Shown here: one piece after another, positions 9,940 through 21,858 of the stretch | Layout: the number at the start of each line of letters is the position of its first letter | How positions within the stretch are numbered: position 1 is the first letter of the stretch | From: an uncultured Planctomycetaceae bacterium | GTDB taxonomy: Bacteria > Planctomycetota > Planctomycetia > Planctomycetales > Planctomycetaceae | DNA: 64,000 nt | Reading direction: 5' to 3' | NCBI GenBank assembly: GCA_963813715.1 | Contig: CAWFAK010000014.1 | Span: forward strand, 32,001-96,000 | Translations under genes and position numbers: made by a program | The notes under the pieces: model-generated | Told to the model about the DNA's origin: nothing | The model's database searches: none | Seen by the model: only the letters and a program-made list of their open reading frames with translations

Positions 9940-11826
9940 CTAGCGGAAGAGCCGCGCGGGCAGCTTGCGGACCTTCCTTGGGAATCGCGGGAGATGGATC
10001 TCGGGCCGTTCGGACTCGTTGTCTTCGATCTGCTGTCGATAGGCCGAGAGGATGTCGCTTCGCGTCACAATGCCGATCAGGCGCGTCGGCTGGCTCCGCA
10101 TGACGACCGGGAGCCGGCCAATGTTGTGATTCACCATGTGATTGGCGGCCTGCCGCGCTGAGCAGTCGTCGTAGACGAATTTCGGCGGGCGGAAGAGAAT
10201 TTCGCGCAGCTCGCGCTGGCGCTGATCCGCGGATCCAGCAGATCTCGCCGTGTCAACACGCCGACGAGATGCCCGGCTGGATTGAGAATGGGAAATCCCT
10301 GGTGCTGATTCTCGTCGGTGCGGAGTGCCAGCCACCGCCGGGCGCTGTCGACGGTTTGCGTGCTGCGCAACGTCACGACGGGCTTGGAGGCGATGTCACC
10401 CACAATGACTTGTTCCAACGGGTCGGCCATATATTCGGCCGGCGCGCGGATGCCCATGCGGGCGATCTTCTCGGTCATCATCGAATTCTTGGCTAACAGC
10501 GTGGCCACCAGGTAACTGGCCGCACACCCGGCCAACAGTGGCAGCAGTCCGTACGGCTGATAGGTGGTCTCGAAAGCCAACATGGCCGACGCGAGGACGG
10601 CCCGCGAAGCGCCAGCAAACAGGGCCGCCATGCCGACGAGCGCCGCCACACGGACATCGATGCCGGCTTGAGGAATGAGCCAATTGGTCATTGCCCCCAG
10701 CGTCTGTCCGCAGCCGGCGCCGATCATCAACAATGGTGCCAGCGTGCCTCCCGTCGTCCCGCTCGAGAGCGAAATGGACCACGAGATGAACTTCAGCAGA
10801 CAGAGCAAGAACACAAACTTGATCGGCAAGCCGTCCGCGAGGAAGTTGGCGATGTTGTAGTAGCCGACGCCAAGCGTGTCGGGCGCGACATAGCCGACGA
10901 CTCCCACGGCCACGGCGCCGATCGCGGGCCACCACATCCAATGGATGGGAAGACGATCGAATGCGCTCTCGAATGCATAGACGACGCGGCGTGACGCCCG
11001 TCGCAATGACACCCAGGGCGATTCCCAGCATCACGAAGAAGACGAGCCCGGACATCGACGCCGGCGCGACGTTGCCCATCTCGAAGACGGGTCGCGGTCC
11101 GGCCAGCAGCAATCGGAGTCCGGCCGCCGTGGCGCTGGCTATGGCCACTGGAATGATCGAGCGGGCCCGAAACTCGAAGAGCAACAGTTCAATTGCCAGT
11201 AGGACGGCCGCCACCGGGCAGCCGAATGTCGCCGTCATGCCGGCCGCCGCGCCTGCCGCCAAGAGCGTCTTTCGCTCGGCCGGCGTCGTCGAAATCAGCT
11301 GCCCGAAGAGGGAGCCCAACGCGCCGCCGGTCGCAATGACGGGTCCCTCTGCACCGAATGGGCCGCCGGTGCCGATGGAAATCGCCGCCGACAGCGGCTT
11401 CAGGAACGTCAACCGCGCGGGGATTCTGCTGTGATGGACGAGCACCTGCTCCATCGTTTCCGGGATGCCGTGCCCACGAATGGCCTTGGAGCCGTAACGC
11501 GACATGACTCCCACAATCAGCCCGCCGACGATCGGCACAAGCACCACCCACAAGCCCAGAGCGTTTTGGGCCGGGCTGCTTCCCGCAAACGACCAACGGT
11601 GGAAAAAAGCGACGTTGGTAAAGAAGGCGATAAGCCGCATCAACACGAAAGCGGCGCCGGTTGCCGTGGCACCGAGGACGACGGCCACGGCGCAGAGCAC
11701 CACGACGCGGCGATCGACGACCGCGGTTTCCGCCGGCACCTGGGCCGCCTCGCTCACCAGATCGAGCGCGGGGGAGATCGTCAGTCCGCCGGTCGTTGCG
11801 GATTGCGCCTTTTCGTTTCTGCTCAT
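9940..11826 (-). CDS. CLC-family chloride channel/antiporter with C-terminal CBS domains; 2 frameshifts
   Basis: GHGIPE, GGPFGAEGP and GTTGGTLAP motifs, plus CBS segments GFPILN...VGVLTRRDL and GRLPVV...IGIVTRSDIL. Confidence 0.88.
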
Positions 11827-12495
11827 CCTCGAGTGACTCGATTCCGATCAGAGGTGCTGCTTGGACGATGCGTCAAATGGAGAGACGTTTTCGTTCGTCG
11901 GCGGGCGCACGCTGAGGACCGGGCGTTCCGGGCTTTCGTCGGTCACGACTCGAAATGAATTGGTGAAAGTTTGAGAGAGCCGCCGAGAAGAAGTCGTGGC
12001 GGCGAGGGCCGGAGTTCTACATCTCGACGCCTCGCGTGTCGACCCGAATCGCGCTTGGTTCAAACTCGCGAACAGCCAGCGATACCTTGTTTGCGTTGGC
12101 GCCACCTGAGTCATCTTCGACAAGCCGACGCGTTGCTCTGCGGCCAATTCACGACCCTCGCCCGCTAAGCCAACATTTACTTCAGAGCGCTTTGCCGGTC
12201 GGTAAGGCGAGCAGAATTACGGTTCCGCAATCCAGAAACTCGCGGAGCTTCGCTCGCTTACCGAAGTGCGTCACCGTTGCGCAGCGTTTGCGATTTGAGC
12301 AGATCGGCCAGGGTTGCCATTTGTCGCATTCGCTCGGGTCGCGGGTCACGGGTTTCGCAACACGGCCGACGAACACTTACAGACTGCCGATTTCCGTGCA
12401 GCCCGGTCGGCCGCAGACCGACATAAATAAAAGCGGCAGCTTTGCATTGCGTGTCGCGTGACGGACTGAGCGATCACCGCCGCGGAGGAAGACAA

Positions 12496-12762
12496 ATGGC
12501 GACCAGATTTCACAGTGGCGACCGGGTGAGCATCGAATCGGGCGACTATGCGGGGAAGCTCGGAGTGATCGTGCCGCGTCGCAGCATCGACTACCAAGAG
12601 ACCCTGTGCGGCGCGATTCCACGGGTCGAAGGGGCCCAAGGACCTTTGGGCTGGCACGAAATGTTGGTGTGTCTGGATAGCGGAAAGGTTGTGCGAGTTC
12701 CGGCGGAGCATCTCGCGCAGCGGTCGGACAGCGAGTACCCGATTATCTTCCGGGCGGCCTGA
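12496..12762 (+). CDS. Small hypothetical protein with a KOW-like N-terminus
   Basis: GGAGGA RBS; MATRFHSGDRVSIESGDYAGKLGVIV. Confidence 0.6.
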   Translation: MATRFHSGDRVSIESGDYAGKLGVIVPRRSIDYQETLCGAIPRVEGAQGPLGWHEMLVCLDSGKVVRVPAEHLAQRSDSEYPIIFRAA

Positions 12763-13106
12763 CACACGTCGTGACCAACAAGCCTCAAGCCAGAAGAATT
12801 TTCTGGCGTTCGCACAAACCGGCAAAAACCGCCGAACCTTCTCCTAAAAGTTACAGCGCCCTCCTCGCTCGATGGTGCCGGCTTTCGCGACGAACGCGAA
12901 CGCTTCCCTCGGCCCCCAATCTCAGCGCTTCGGACCGACGCGAATTTCGACGAAACTGATCTTGGACGAATCTCGTTTTTGTGGCTGAATGGAGAGAGCG
13001 GATCTCGGCGCGAGCGGTTTTGTGCGCGCGGAGGGCAGTGATCGGCACGCAGTCAGTCCAAAGTCGAAGATCCGCCGAAGGCGTGGTCCAATGTCTTCGG
13101 ACCGGG

Positions 13107-14318
13107 CCCTCACCCCGGCTCTCTCCCATCCGAGGCGGACGGGCGAGGGGGAAGAGTGGGACGGGACAAGATCATCCTCACCCCGGCCCTCTCCGCTGGG
13201 ACAAAAAGGATCCCCGGCAGGGTGGGGATCCTTTTTTCACATAGAGGGAATAGCGGGAGAAAAAGATCCCCGGCGCGGCGGGACAAGTTGTCCCGCCGGG
13301 TCCGCCGAAAGTGGTCCCGCCGTGACGGGACTCTCACTTTTAATATAAGGGGGGCGCCGCAAACTGGTCCCACCGACGAGAGTCTGACCGGTCAGTGTCG
13401 ATCCGTTGAGTGGCGATCCGGCCCGGCAATCGGGACGGGACTCGGGGAATTCTAAGGTCCAAAGTCCAAGGTCCAATGTCGAAGATCAGAGGCTCGCAAT
13501 CCTGACTTTGGACTTTGGACGCGGGGACTTTGGACCGACGCCCGGGACGGGACACGATGTTTCACCGAGAAAAGCCCGGAGAAACTCTCGGGAGGACCGA
13601 AGCACCCGACAGCTGATCCGCCGCGGCGGATCGGCTCGCCAGGGCCGGGCGCGTTGGGGGAAGAGTGAGGCGGAAGGGTGGAAAGGCATTGGCCGGTGGG
13701 ACGGGTCACGTGCGCGATCGGGTCCCACGATCAATCAGGGACGGATTTGAACCACCAAGCCACCAAGATCACCAAGGCAAGCAAAGTCCGCTGAGCTTAG
13801 CGTCCCCCTTGGTGCTCTTGGTGGCTTGGTGGTTAGACATCCGGATTCAGTCCCGTCGCGACGGGACGGGACACGATGTTTCACCGAGAAAAGCCCGGAG
13901 AAACTCTCGGGAGGACCGAAGCACCCGACAGCTGATCCGCCGCGGCGGTCGGCTCGCCAGGGCCGGGCGCGTTGGGGAAGAGTGAGGTGGAGAGGTGGAA
14001 AGGCATTGGCCGGTGGGTCGGGACACTGTGTTTCACCCGGAAGATGACGCACGTTTCACTCGGATGATGACCCACCAAAGTCGTTGACCCGGCGCCCTCG
14101 CGGGACGGTGACCCATCGACAAAATTCACCAGAGACAGCGGGGGTGCGCCGGGCGACAGTTAAGAGCAGGAGTTTTGAACAGGAGGTAACGGAGGCAACA
14201 GAGGTTAGAGTGAAATGGCTTGGATCTTCCCTCTCTGTTAGCTCCGTTAACTCCTGTTCATACGCCCTTCCCGGGATCGTCGGGACGGGACACGGAGGAA
14301 GTCGAAGTCCGAAGTCCG
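13107..14318. repeat. Non-coding array of palindromic elements punctuated by GGGACGGGAC
   Basis: Motif at about 13158, 13432, 13544, 13698, 13863, 14015 and 14282, interleaved with inverted-repeat elements of several families. Confidence 0.75.
13544..14037 (+). repeat. About 165-bp direct repeat pair (13544-13710 and 13863-14037)
   Basis: GGGACGGGACACGATGTTTCACCGAGAAAAGCCCGGAGAAACTCTCGGGAGGACCGAAGCACCCGACAGCTGATCCGCCGCGGCGG... occurs twice, nearly identically. Confidence 0.92.
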
Positions 14319-16024
14319 CTAGGTGGTGCCAGCCGTCTTCGCGAGGAACGCGAGCGCCTGGTACTCCGGCTTCCACTGCGCGGCGACGACGCGGTCTTGC
14401 AGCTCTGTCGGACTCGTCTGCGGCGCGACGCCGGCCCGCTGTGCCTCCAGGCCGACGGCTGTGGCGATCGCTCGGGCCACGGCTCGAATGTCGCGGAGGG
14501 CGGGCAGCAGCGAGCCCGACGGATCGGTGCGGGCCGGTGACTGTTCTCCCAGCGCTCGGGCCGCGGCCAGCATCATCCCGTCGGTCACTCGCCGGGCTCG
14601 CGCGGCGACGACGCCCAGGCCGACGGCCGGGAAGATGAAGACGTTGTTGCACTGCGCGATGGGGATCGTGCGGCCCTCGTAAGAGACGGGTGCGTAGGGG
14701 GAGCCGGTGGCGACGAGGGCCCGCCCGGCGGTCCAGCGGATCAGATCCTCGGCACTGGCCTCCGAGCGGGTGGTGGGGTTGGAGAGGGGGAAGATGACCG
14801 GTCGCTCGACCTTGCGGGCCATCTCGCGGACGATGGGCTCGGTGAACGCGCCGCCGACGGTCGAGAGGCCGATGAGGACGGTCGCTTCGATCTGCCCAAT
14901 GACGTCGGCCAGCCCGATGGTTCCGTGAGAGGTGCGCGGCCAATTGGCCACTCGTGCGGTGGGCTGGGCGTAGACCTGCTGCTCGGGCGGTGAGATCGGT
15001 GCGCCCGCTGTGGAGCAAGCCGTCCTTGTCCACCAACCAGAATCGGCTGCGGGCCTCGGCCTCGGAAAGTCCGTCCTGCACCAGGGCCGCGCGCAGGTAA
15101 TCGGCGACGCCGACTGCGGCCGACCCGGCGCCGAGGAATACGATCTGCTGGTCGCGGAGTCGCTTGCCGGTGACGCCGATGGCGCCCAGGATCGCGCCCA
15201 ACGCGACGGCCGCCGTCCCTTGGATGTCGTCGTTGAACGTCAGCAGTTGGTCGCGATAGCGGTCGAGGATCGGTCGCGCATGCGGCGTCGCGAAGTCCTC
15301 CCACTGCAGGCAGACGTCGGGCAGCTCCTGCTGGACGGCCTGGACGAACTGGTCGACAAAGTCGAGGTAGGCCTGCCCGGTGACCCGCTCGTGGCGCCAG
15401 CCGACGTACTCGGGGTCGTGCAGTCGCTCGGCGTTGTTGGTTCCGACGTCGAGCACGATGGGCAGGGTCCGTTCGGGGCGAATGCCGCCGATGAGCGTGT
15501 AAAGCGAGAGCTTGCCGATCGGAATGCCGAGGCCGCCGGCCCCCTGGTCGCCGATGCCCAGGATCCGCTCGCCGTCGGTGACGACGATCACATCCACTTC
15601 GTGATGGGGGCGATTGCGCAAGAGCGTCGGGATTGTGTCACGCAGCGGGTAAGAGATGAGAGGCCGCGCGGCCGACGATAGATGTGGCTGAACTGCTCGC
15701 ACGCCAGCGCCACCACCGGCGTATAGACCATCGGAGTCATTTCCTCGATGTGCTTCAGCAGCAGCCGAGTAGAACAAGACCTCATTCGTGTCCTGCAGGG
15801 CTCGGAGATAAATGTGCCGCTCGAGGTCTTCGTCCTTGCGTCGATACGCCTCGTAGGCGCGAACCAACTGCTCGTCGAGCGTCTCGATCGACCGGCGGCA
15901 ACAGCCCGTGCAGCCGAAGGTCACCGCGCTCGGCCTCCGTAAAGGCCGTCCCCTTGTTCAGAGTGGAACGGTTGAGCAGGCTGACGCCCCAGGTGCCGTC
16001 GTGAGGAGTTGGAATCGCGGTCAT
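14319..16024 (-). CDS. maeA: NAD-dependent malic enzyme; several frameshifts
   Basis: [63 protein letters not shown] and [19 protein letters not shown]. Confidence 0.9.
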
Positions 16025-16270
16025 GGTCGAGTCTCCTTCTGTCTCGAGGTCACTGACTCACTCGAATTCACGGACTTCCTTCTCACCGACTTCCATGGTG
16101 ATAAGAGGAGGAGCCGGACATCGGGTCCGAGAGGGCCGTCTCAACCGATACCGCCGGACCCAGCGTGATCGGCTTCAACAACGGCAGCGCCTGCCCTGCG
16201 CGGGTGAACACCGCGCGAGTGAGATGGTGGAGTCGACGACAATCTCTTTACACCAGGGCGTTGGAGGTCG

Positions 16271-17395
16271 TCAACGAATTTCAGCGGCTTCGCTTGGAGC
16301 ATCCCACAGTTTAAGCGTGTTATCCCAACTTCCGCTGACGATCCGTTTCCCATCAGGACTGAACGCCACGCACATAACACCACCTGTGTGTCCCTTGAGC
16401 GTGCGGGTTTCCCGGCCGGTCGTCGCGTCCCACAATTTCATCGTCGAGTCGTTGCTTCCGCTGAGGATCCATTTCCCATTCGGGCTGAAGGCCACACTCC
16501 AGACTCGATCCGTGTGCCCCTTGAGCGTGCGGGTTTCCTGCCCGCTGGCTGCGTCCCACACTCTGACCGTGTGGTCGTCACTTCCGCTAACGATCCGTTT
16601 CCCATCCGGGCTGAACGCCACGCTCCTGATCGAACCTGTGTGCCCCTTGAACATGAGGGCTTCCTTGCCAGTCGTCACGTCCCAAACCTTCAGCGTCCTG
16701 TCGTGACTTCCACTGACGATGCGTTTCCCATCAGGGCTGAACGCCTCGCACACCACTGCTTCGTTGTGCCCCTTGAGCGTTAGGGTTTCCTCGCCGCTGG
16801 CGGCATCCCACATCTTGAACTTCCAGTACCCATTTCCACTAGCGATCCATTTTCCATCAGGGCTGAATGCCACGCACATTACGAAATTCTCTGTCCCGAG
16901 AGTGAGAATTTCTTGGCCGTTCGTGGCGTCCCACACCTTGGGCGGGATGTCCCAACTTCCACTAACGATCCTTTGTCCATCAGGGCTGAACGCCACGCTC
17001 CGCACTACATCTTGGTGCGAGTTGAACGTGAGAATTTCCTGGCCGTTGGTGGCGTCCCAAACCTTAACCAGGTTGTCCTGGCTTCCACTAACGATTCGTT
17101 TCCCATCCGGGCTGAACGCCACGCTCCTGACCGACTTTGTGTGGCCCTTGAGCGTGGTGGCCGCCTCTTTCAACTGCTTGTGGAGTGCCGACGAAAATCT
17201 GTCTGCTCCGGGTCCGTTGAGGGTCAACTCTTCTTCACGAATACCTGCGTCACGCAGGTTAGGCACGGAAGCCGTCTCGGAACCCGGTGGCCGCAAAGCA
17301 TGGTTTGCTACGAAAGAAAACACCAAAGCAGCCAAGGCAACGAACAGGATCAAGCTCGTTCTAATTTTCTCGGCAACTGAAGTTCGCGTGGTCAT
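16271..17395 (-). CDS. Membrane-anchored WD40 repeat protein (7 blades)
   Basis: Seven repeats of the type LKGHT..V.SVAFSPDGKRIVSGS.D.T.K.WD after an N-terminal hydrophobic helix. Confidence 0.92.
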   Translation of the reverse strand: MTTRTSVAEKIRTSLILFVALAALVFSFVANHALRPPGSETASVPNLRDAGIREEELTLNGPGADRFSSALHKQLKEAATTLKGHTKSVRSVAFSPDGKRIVSGSQDNLVKVWDATNGQEILTFNSHQDVVRSVAFSPDGQRIVSGSWDIPPKVWDATNGQEILTLGTENFVMCVAFSPDGKWIASGNGYWKFKMWDAASGEETLTLKGHNEAVVCEAFSPDGKRIVSGSHDRTLKVWDVTTGKEALMFKGHTGSIRSVAFSPDGKRIVSGSDDHTVRVWDAASGQETRTLKGHTDRVWSVAFSPNGKWILSGSNDSTMKLWDATTGRETRTLKGHTGGVMCVAFSPDGKRIVSGSWDNTLKLWDAPSEAAEIR

Positions 17396-17565
17396 GGCGA
17401 AACCCCCACTCGCTCGGGGCGGCTGACATCTGGCTGGATGCCTAACTCGTGAATGCTTTGGATCACACAACAGATGTTGTGGCACAGGATCTTACACCAA
17501 GACTCATTTTTCATCGCCGCGTCCGCGCGGCTGCGGATGTGGTCGCGGAACTTCGACTTTATCAA
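17392..17565 (-). pseudogene. C-terminal remnant of a DDE transposase
   Basis: IKSKFRDHIRSRADAAMKNESWCKILCHNICCVIQSIHELGI resembles, from recall, the post-catalytic C-terminus of IS4/IS5-like transposases. The N-terminus is absent. Confidence 0.55.
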
Positions 17566-18768
17566 CCGGGAAGGCCCGGTTGCGCACCGTGTCGACAACT
17601 GTTAACAGCCTGGAGTCGCTGATCGTCTCGCGGTAGAGGGCGCCCATCGATGGGTCGACGTGACCCATGATGAAATCGACCGCAACCGGATCTTTCGACT
17701 CCTCGGCCCACGTCTTGAAGTTGTGCCGCAGGGTATAGAAGTTCCGGTGCGAATTGATGCGGAGCCCATTCAAGAGCTTGCGAAATGCCTGGGAAAGCGC
17801 ATCGAGGGAAACCACCGCGTCAACCTTGCGCTTCTGTTGGCGCGCACCCAGCGCCGCCCTTGCTTGGTCAGGAACACGAGCATAGCGTCAGCCGGGTTCT
17901 TGGGCTCGGGTCGCGCGGCAATCGCTAGCCGGAGCGCTGCGGCCGTCTCGGGCCACAACGGTACCCGCCGGTGAATGCCAGTCTTCGGGCGCGGAAGGTC
18001 AATCCAACCACCAGCGAAGTCAACGGCGGTTTGTGGCAGCGTCGCGCAGTTTGTGTTGCCGAAACCGCAATTAAGGCCCAACAACGTCATCGCTCTCAAC
18101 TGAACGTCGGCCGCGGCGAGGATGAGGGTCACTTCATCGAGGTTAAACAGCCGCGCCCCGTGCGCGTGTTGAGCCTTGCGCAGTGACTTCGCAGATGGAC
18201 GATCGAACGACTGGCCATAGTGGACTGGCCGGTCTATCAGCCGTTGGTCTGCCGCATACTTGAGCACCACGCGGCAACGGTTGATTTCGTTCTTGAGAGT
18301 GAGCAGCCCACGAGTTTTCGCGAGCGTTTTGCGCAGCGACTCGAAATCGTCGGGCCGCAAATCATCAACGCGCCTGTCTCGCCCAATATGCTTAATTAAC
18401 AGGTCGCTCGTATTGAAGTAGTTTTGAAATGAGCGGGCCGACAGCTCGCCGCTTTCCAGTTGGGAACGCTTGCTCGCAAGGAACGCATTACAGAGCAGCC
18501 CCACCGTGCAACCGTCGCCCGTGTCGATCGGGGGAGGCGTGCGACCATCTTTGAGATAAGGCCAATCGCGATTGAATCGCTCGAGCGCGGCCCCCGGCGA
18601 ATCGAGTTTGCCGAAGTAGACGAGCTTGCCCCGAATCTTCTTGCACCATCGCCCGGATGGATGCGGCGTCAGGGGGAAACCGGCGTAGGGCTTCGCCGTT
18701 TTCGCTGACGACCGGAGCAAGCTTTTGGGCGGCTTGCGAGGGGACGTTGAGTTGCTAGACTTGGCCAC
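17504..18768 (-). CDS. Tyrosine recombinase/integrase; frameshift near 17830
   Basis: N-terminal arm KPYAGFPLTPHPSGRWCKKIRGKLVYFG, then LGLNCGFGN, RPKTG, FYTLRH, IMGH and LYRE. GTG start at 18768. Confidence 0.88.
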
Positions 18769-18792
18769 GTGGCAACCTCGGTTAACGGCGTT

Positions 18793-18873
18793 GGTTGTCG
18801 CTGACAACCGGGTCATCCGCCCGGTTGTCGCTTTTATGTGCCTCGAGAGTAGTGGTTGTCGCAACGGTTGTCG
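18793..18873. promoter_or_regulatory. Putative integrase arm-type binding sites
   Basis: GGTTGTCG at 18793, 18823, 18854 and 18866, plus inverted TGACAACC at 18802, between the integrase start and the tRNA. Confidence 0.5.
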
Positions 18874-18929
18874 ATTGATCGGGGCAGCGAGAAGCGAAAA
18901 GTCAGCGATGCCCTTACTCTAAAGGGCAA

Positions 18930-19003
<74 letters not shown>

Positions 19004-19271
19004 CTTCAAATGTGCTGAGAGCGGGCCTCACGCGCATCTTCGCGAGGGAATTGACGGGTGCGCCAGGGGTCATTCCGGCAACTCCTTTTTGGGAGTCGGA
19101 GTCATCGACCCGAACGGGCTGGTAGTCGGCGTCAATCGACTTGCGGACGGACCAGCTCGCAACGTTGGAGGGCACCTCTTCGATCCGGCCAAGATCCGCG
19201 CATTTTTGGGCCGCTGGTCCGCTCCCGGGGCGTCAAGTAGCCGCCCCTAATCCGGAAAAAGAATTCACTTG

Positions 19272-19299
19272 GGAACTTTCGCGATTGGGGGTAGTCTAA
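19272..19299 (+). promoter_or_regulatory. Putative RpoE-like ECF promoter
   Basis: GGAACTT-N16-TCTAA about 60 bp upstream of the 19360 gene. Confidence 0.45.
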
Positions 19300-19359
19300 A
19301 TCCCGGCAGATTGTTTTCGCCGCTCGGCGACGATCATCCACTCGTGCAGAGGAGCTTCC

Positions 19360-21785
19360 GTGGCCGGACCGCAGTACCGCGTGCAATCCCCTTGGGTCGC
19401 GCTAGTCGGGGGCGTCTTACTGCTCTTTCAGATCGTGGCTCAGCCCTTCGCGAAGGCAGCTCCTCCGGGAGACTCGGCCAACGAGCGGTCGCAGACGCTT
19501 GCCAGCATCCTCGCGTCGTGGAAGGCCCGGCAGGAGCGAGTGAATTGTTTCCACTTCTCCTGGGATAGTCGCGTGGTGTTGCCCAAGGGATACCTGTACG
19601 GCAACGGGCTCGTCGGCGGCCTGCGGGCAGACGGTACGGAGGTGGACGACGCGCCCGAGTTCTCGATCCTCGATTCGAGTTTCTGGGTGGAAGGCCAGGA
19701 GCGGATTCGCGACGACTTCCCGGAATTGCGCTACCTCGCTCCGAAGGATCGGAGACAAACGGCCCGCATTCGCAAAATCGTCGATGGAAAGACGGTTTCA
19801 CGCCTTGCCACCCCGCTCGAACCAAGCCGATCTCCGCAATTGGCAATCTGGGGACAGGCGAGCGCCTCGAATCCGTCTCCCTTCGCCTATTACGAGAGCT
19901 ACGCGTGGCGGGATCCCCGGACTCTGGATTGGGGACCGATTTGCCTGACGTTTCGCTCGCTCAATCCGATTCTAGGCTGGGCTGCGACGGATCGCTGTCG
20001 CATCGTCGGGGAAGAAGTGCTCGACAAGGTCCGCTGTATCAAGGTGCAGATGGACGAGTTGGACCGTTCCGAAATGTGCTGGGTCGATCCGACCCGGGAC
20101 AACATCGTCGTCCGCTGGGAAAAGCGGCAAGGCTTCTTCTCCCCGACCTCGATCGCCATCGATTACCGACAGGACAAGCAGCACGGCTGGGTCCCCGTGC
20201 ACTGGAAACGAGATCTGCCCGCATTCAACTCGCCACTCCGCGGCAAGATTGAATCGACCGTCACTCGATACACGATTAACGAAAAGCTTCCCGCCGACAC
20301 CTTTGCCTGCTCCTCTCCGCCGGGCACCATGGTCTGCAATGTGGCGATGAGCGGTTCGCCCCTCGCGCCGCCTGAGTCCGCCGAGCCTCGGGCGACTGCC
20401 TCCAAAGCGAACGGAGTGCAAGTGTTGCCGGCTGCGGACACGAAACCGGTTGCGCCTCCGTCGATGGAGGCAATCGCCGCCATCTGGACGAAGAGGCAGT
20501 CGAGCACAAAGTCGTTCAAGTTCAGCTGGAAGGGGGAGCAAATCAGGGCGCGGAGCCACACCATAGAGCCGGTCCATTCGGTCCTGGTCGACGGCAACAA
20601 GTTCGCGTACGTCGAAGACAATGATCCATATCGCCCCGACGTCGCTCAGTACATTATCGATCGCGAAGGGGGCGCGACGGCTCGCCGACGCGTTGAGTCC
20701 TCGCAGCCCCGCGGCTCGGTGGCGATCGGGCCACCGGCCCGCGTCGCCTTTGACGGAACCTCGACGCGGACTTACCGTGCCCTCAACGATCCGCTCATCA
20801 CAGGCGTCGGGTATCTCCGTCCGGGTTTTCACGTTAGCCAGATCCACCGCCCGGGGCCCGAGTGCATGCTGCTGACGTTTCGCCCGCTCGATCCTTTTTT
20901 AGGCAGCATCGATACTGCCGGTTTTCGCGTCCTGCCGGAGCGGGGCAAACTCGGCGACGTTTCGTGCGTCATCATCGAATCAATCGAAGACGGGCGGGCG
21001 GCCACCCGCACCTCCTACTGGCTCGATCCGGCGCCGACTACATCGTACTCTGCAAGCACCAGACGAACCGCGGTCGCGATACGCAGCGGATGGATATCAC
21101 CTATCGCCGAGACCCGGTCGCCGGCTGGGTCCCCACCGGTTGCAAAGTGGCAACGGTGAGCGCCGTCGGCATGTCTTGCACCGTGAATTCCTGCACAATT
21201 TCCGACGTGTCGATCAATCAGCCGGTCGCACCTCAAGAATTCTTGGTCGACTTTCCAAAGGGGACCACAGTCCACGAGCAGCCGCGGGGAAATACCGCCC
21301 AGGACACCGGCGTAATTCCCATCCACTTGCATTTGGGCGGCGTCCGCCGGGACAACCGGCGACGACGCACTCCGGACGCCCATGCGAAACCCGTGTTCAA
21401 CCCGTTTGCCGACGCCATGGCCGACGTCGATGCCGCGATCAAGTTGGTGGACGCGACCCATAAGAAAGTGCTGGTGCTCGTGGGCGACAATGGGCAGCCC
21501 GAGGCGCTGCAGGTCTACACCATTTTGACGGAGGATCCCGACGTTGCGCCCTTTGTCAGCAAGGCGTTTGTCCTGGTGCTCGTCGATTTGTGCAGCGATT
21601 CGGGAGGAACGGTGCAGGACAAGTACTTCCAGGCGCCGCAACGCCAGGGGTTCCCCCACATTGGCCTGCTCGACAACAACGCCGAGATCCTGCAGTACCA
21701 GCCGTTGTCGTGGTTCCGGGGAGACGACGACTTCGATCCCCACCGGATCAAAAAGCTGCTTTCGTACTTCGTGACATCCGAGTGA
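19360..21785 (+). CDS. Secreted protein with two tandem homologous domains and a C-terminal thioredoxin-like domain; frameshift near 21030
   Basis: Signal peptide and internal duplication (W..RQ....F.FSW; LTFR.L.P.LG; W.DP.R; Y..D...GWVP). GAGGAG RBS. Confidence 0.7.
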
Positions 21786-21858
21786 CGACCGCACGATGTC
21801 GGCGTTTCGACTCGCGGCGCAGTGTGGTCGCGCTGATGGTGCGCACCTGGGGAAGTGA

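Noticed and set aside
11827..12100. Fluoride riboswitch upstream of the CLC gene
   Set aside because: No crcB-motif consensus is seen on the minus strand, and the protein has GHGIP/GAEGP rather than the CLC-F GNNLI/GREGT signatures.
13432..14318. CRISPR array
   Set aside because: The repeat is only 10-12 bp, the spacers are long, unequal and palindromic, one spacer is duplicated, and there are no cas genes in the window.
16225..16246. tRNA/tmRNA 3'-end fragment (TGGTGGAGTCGA) as the far att site of the integrase element
   Set aside because: It does not match the tRNA-Lys sequence and has no T-arm; likely chance.
17770..17840. Programmed frameshift in the integrase
   Set aside because: There is no slippery sequence, and it cannot be distinguished from the window-wide indel noise.
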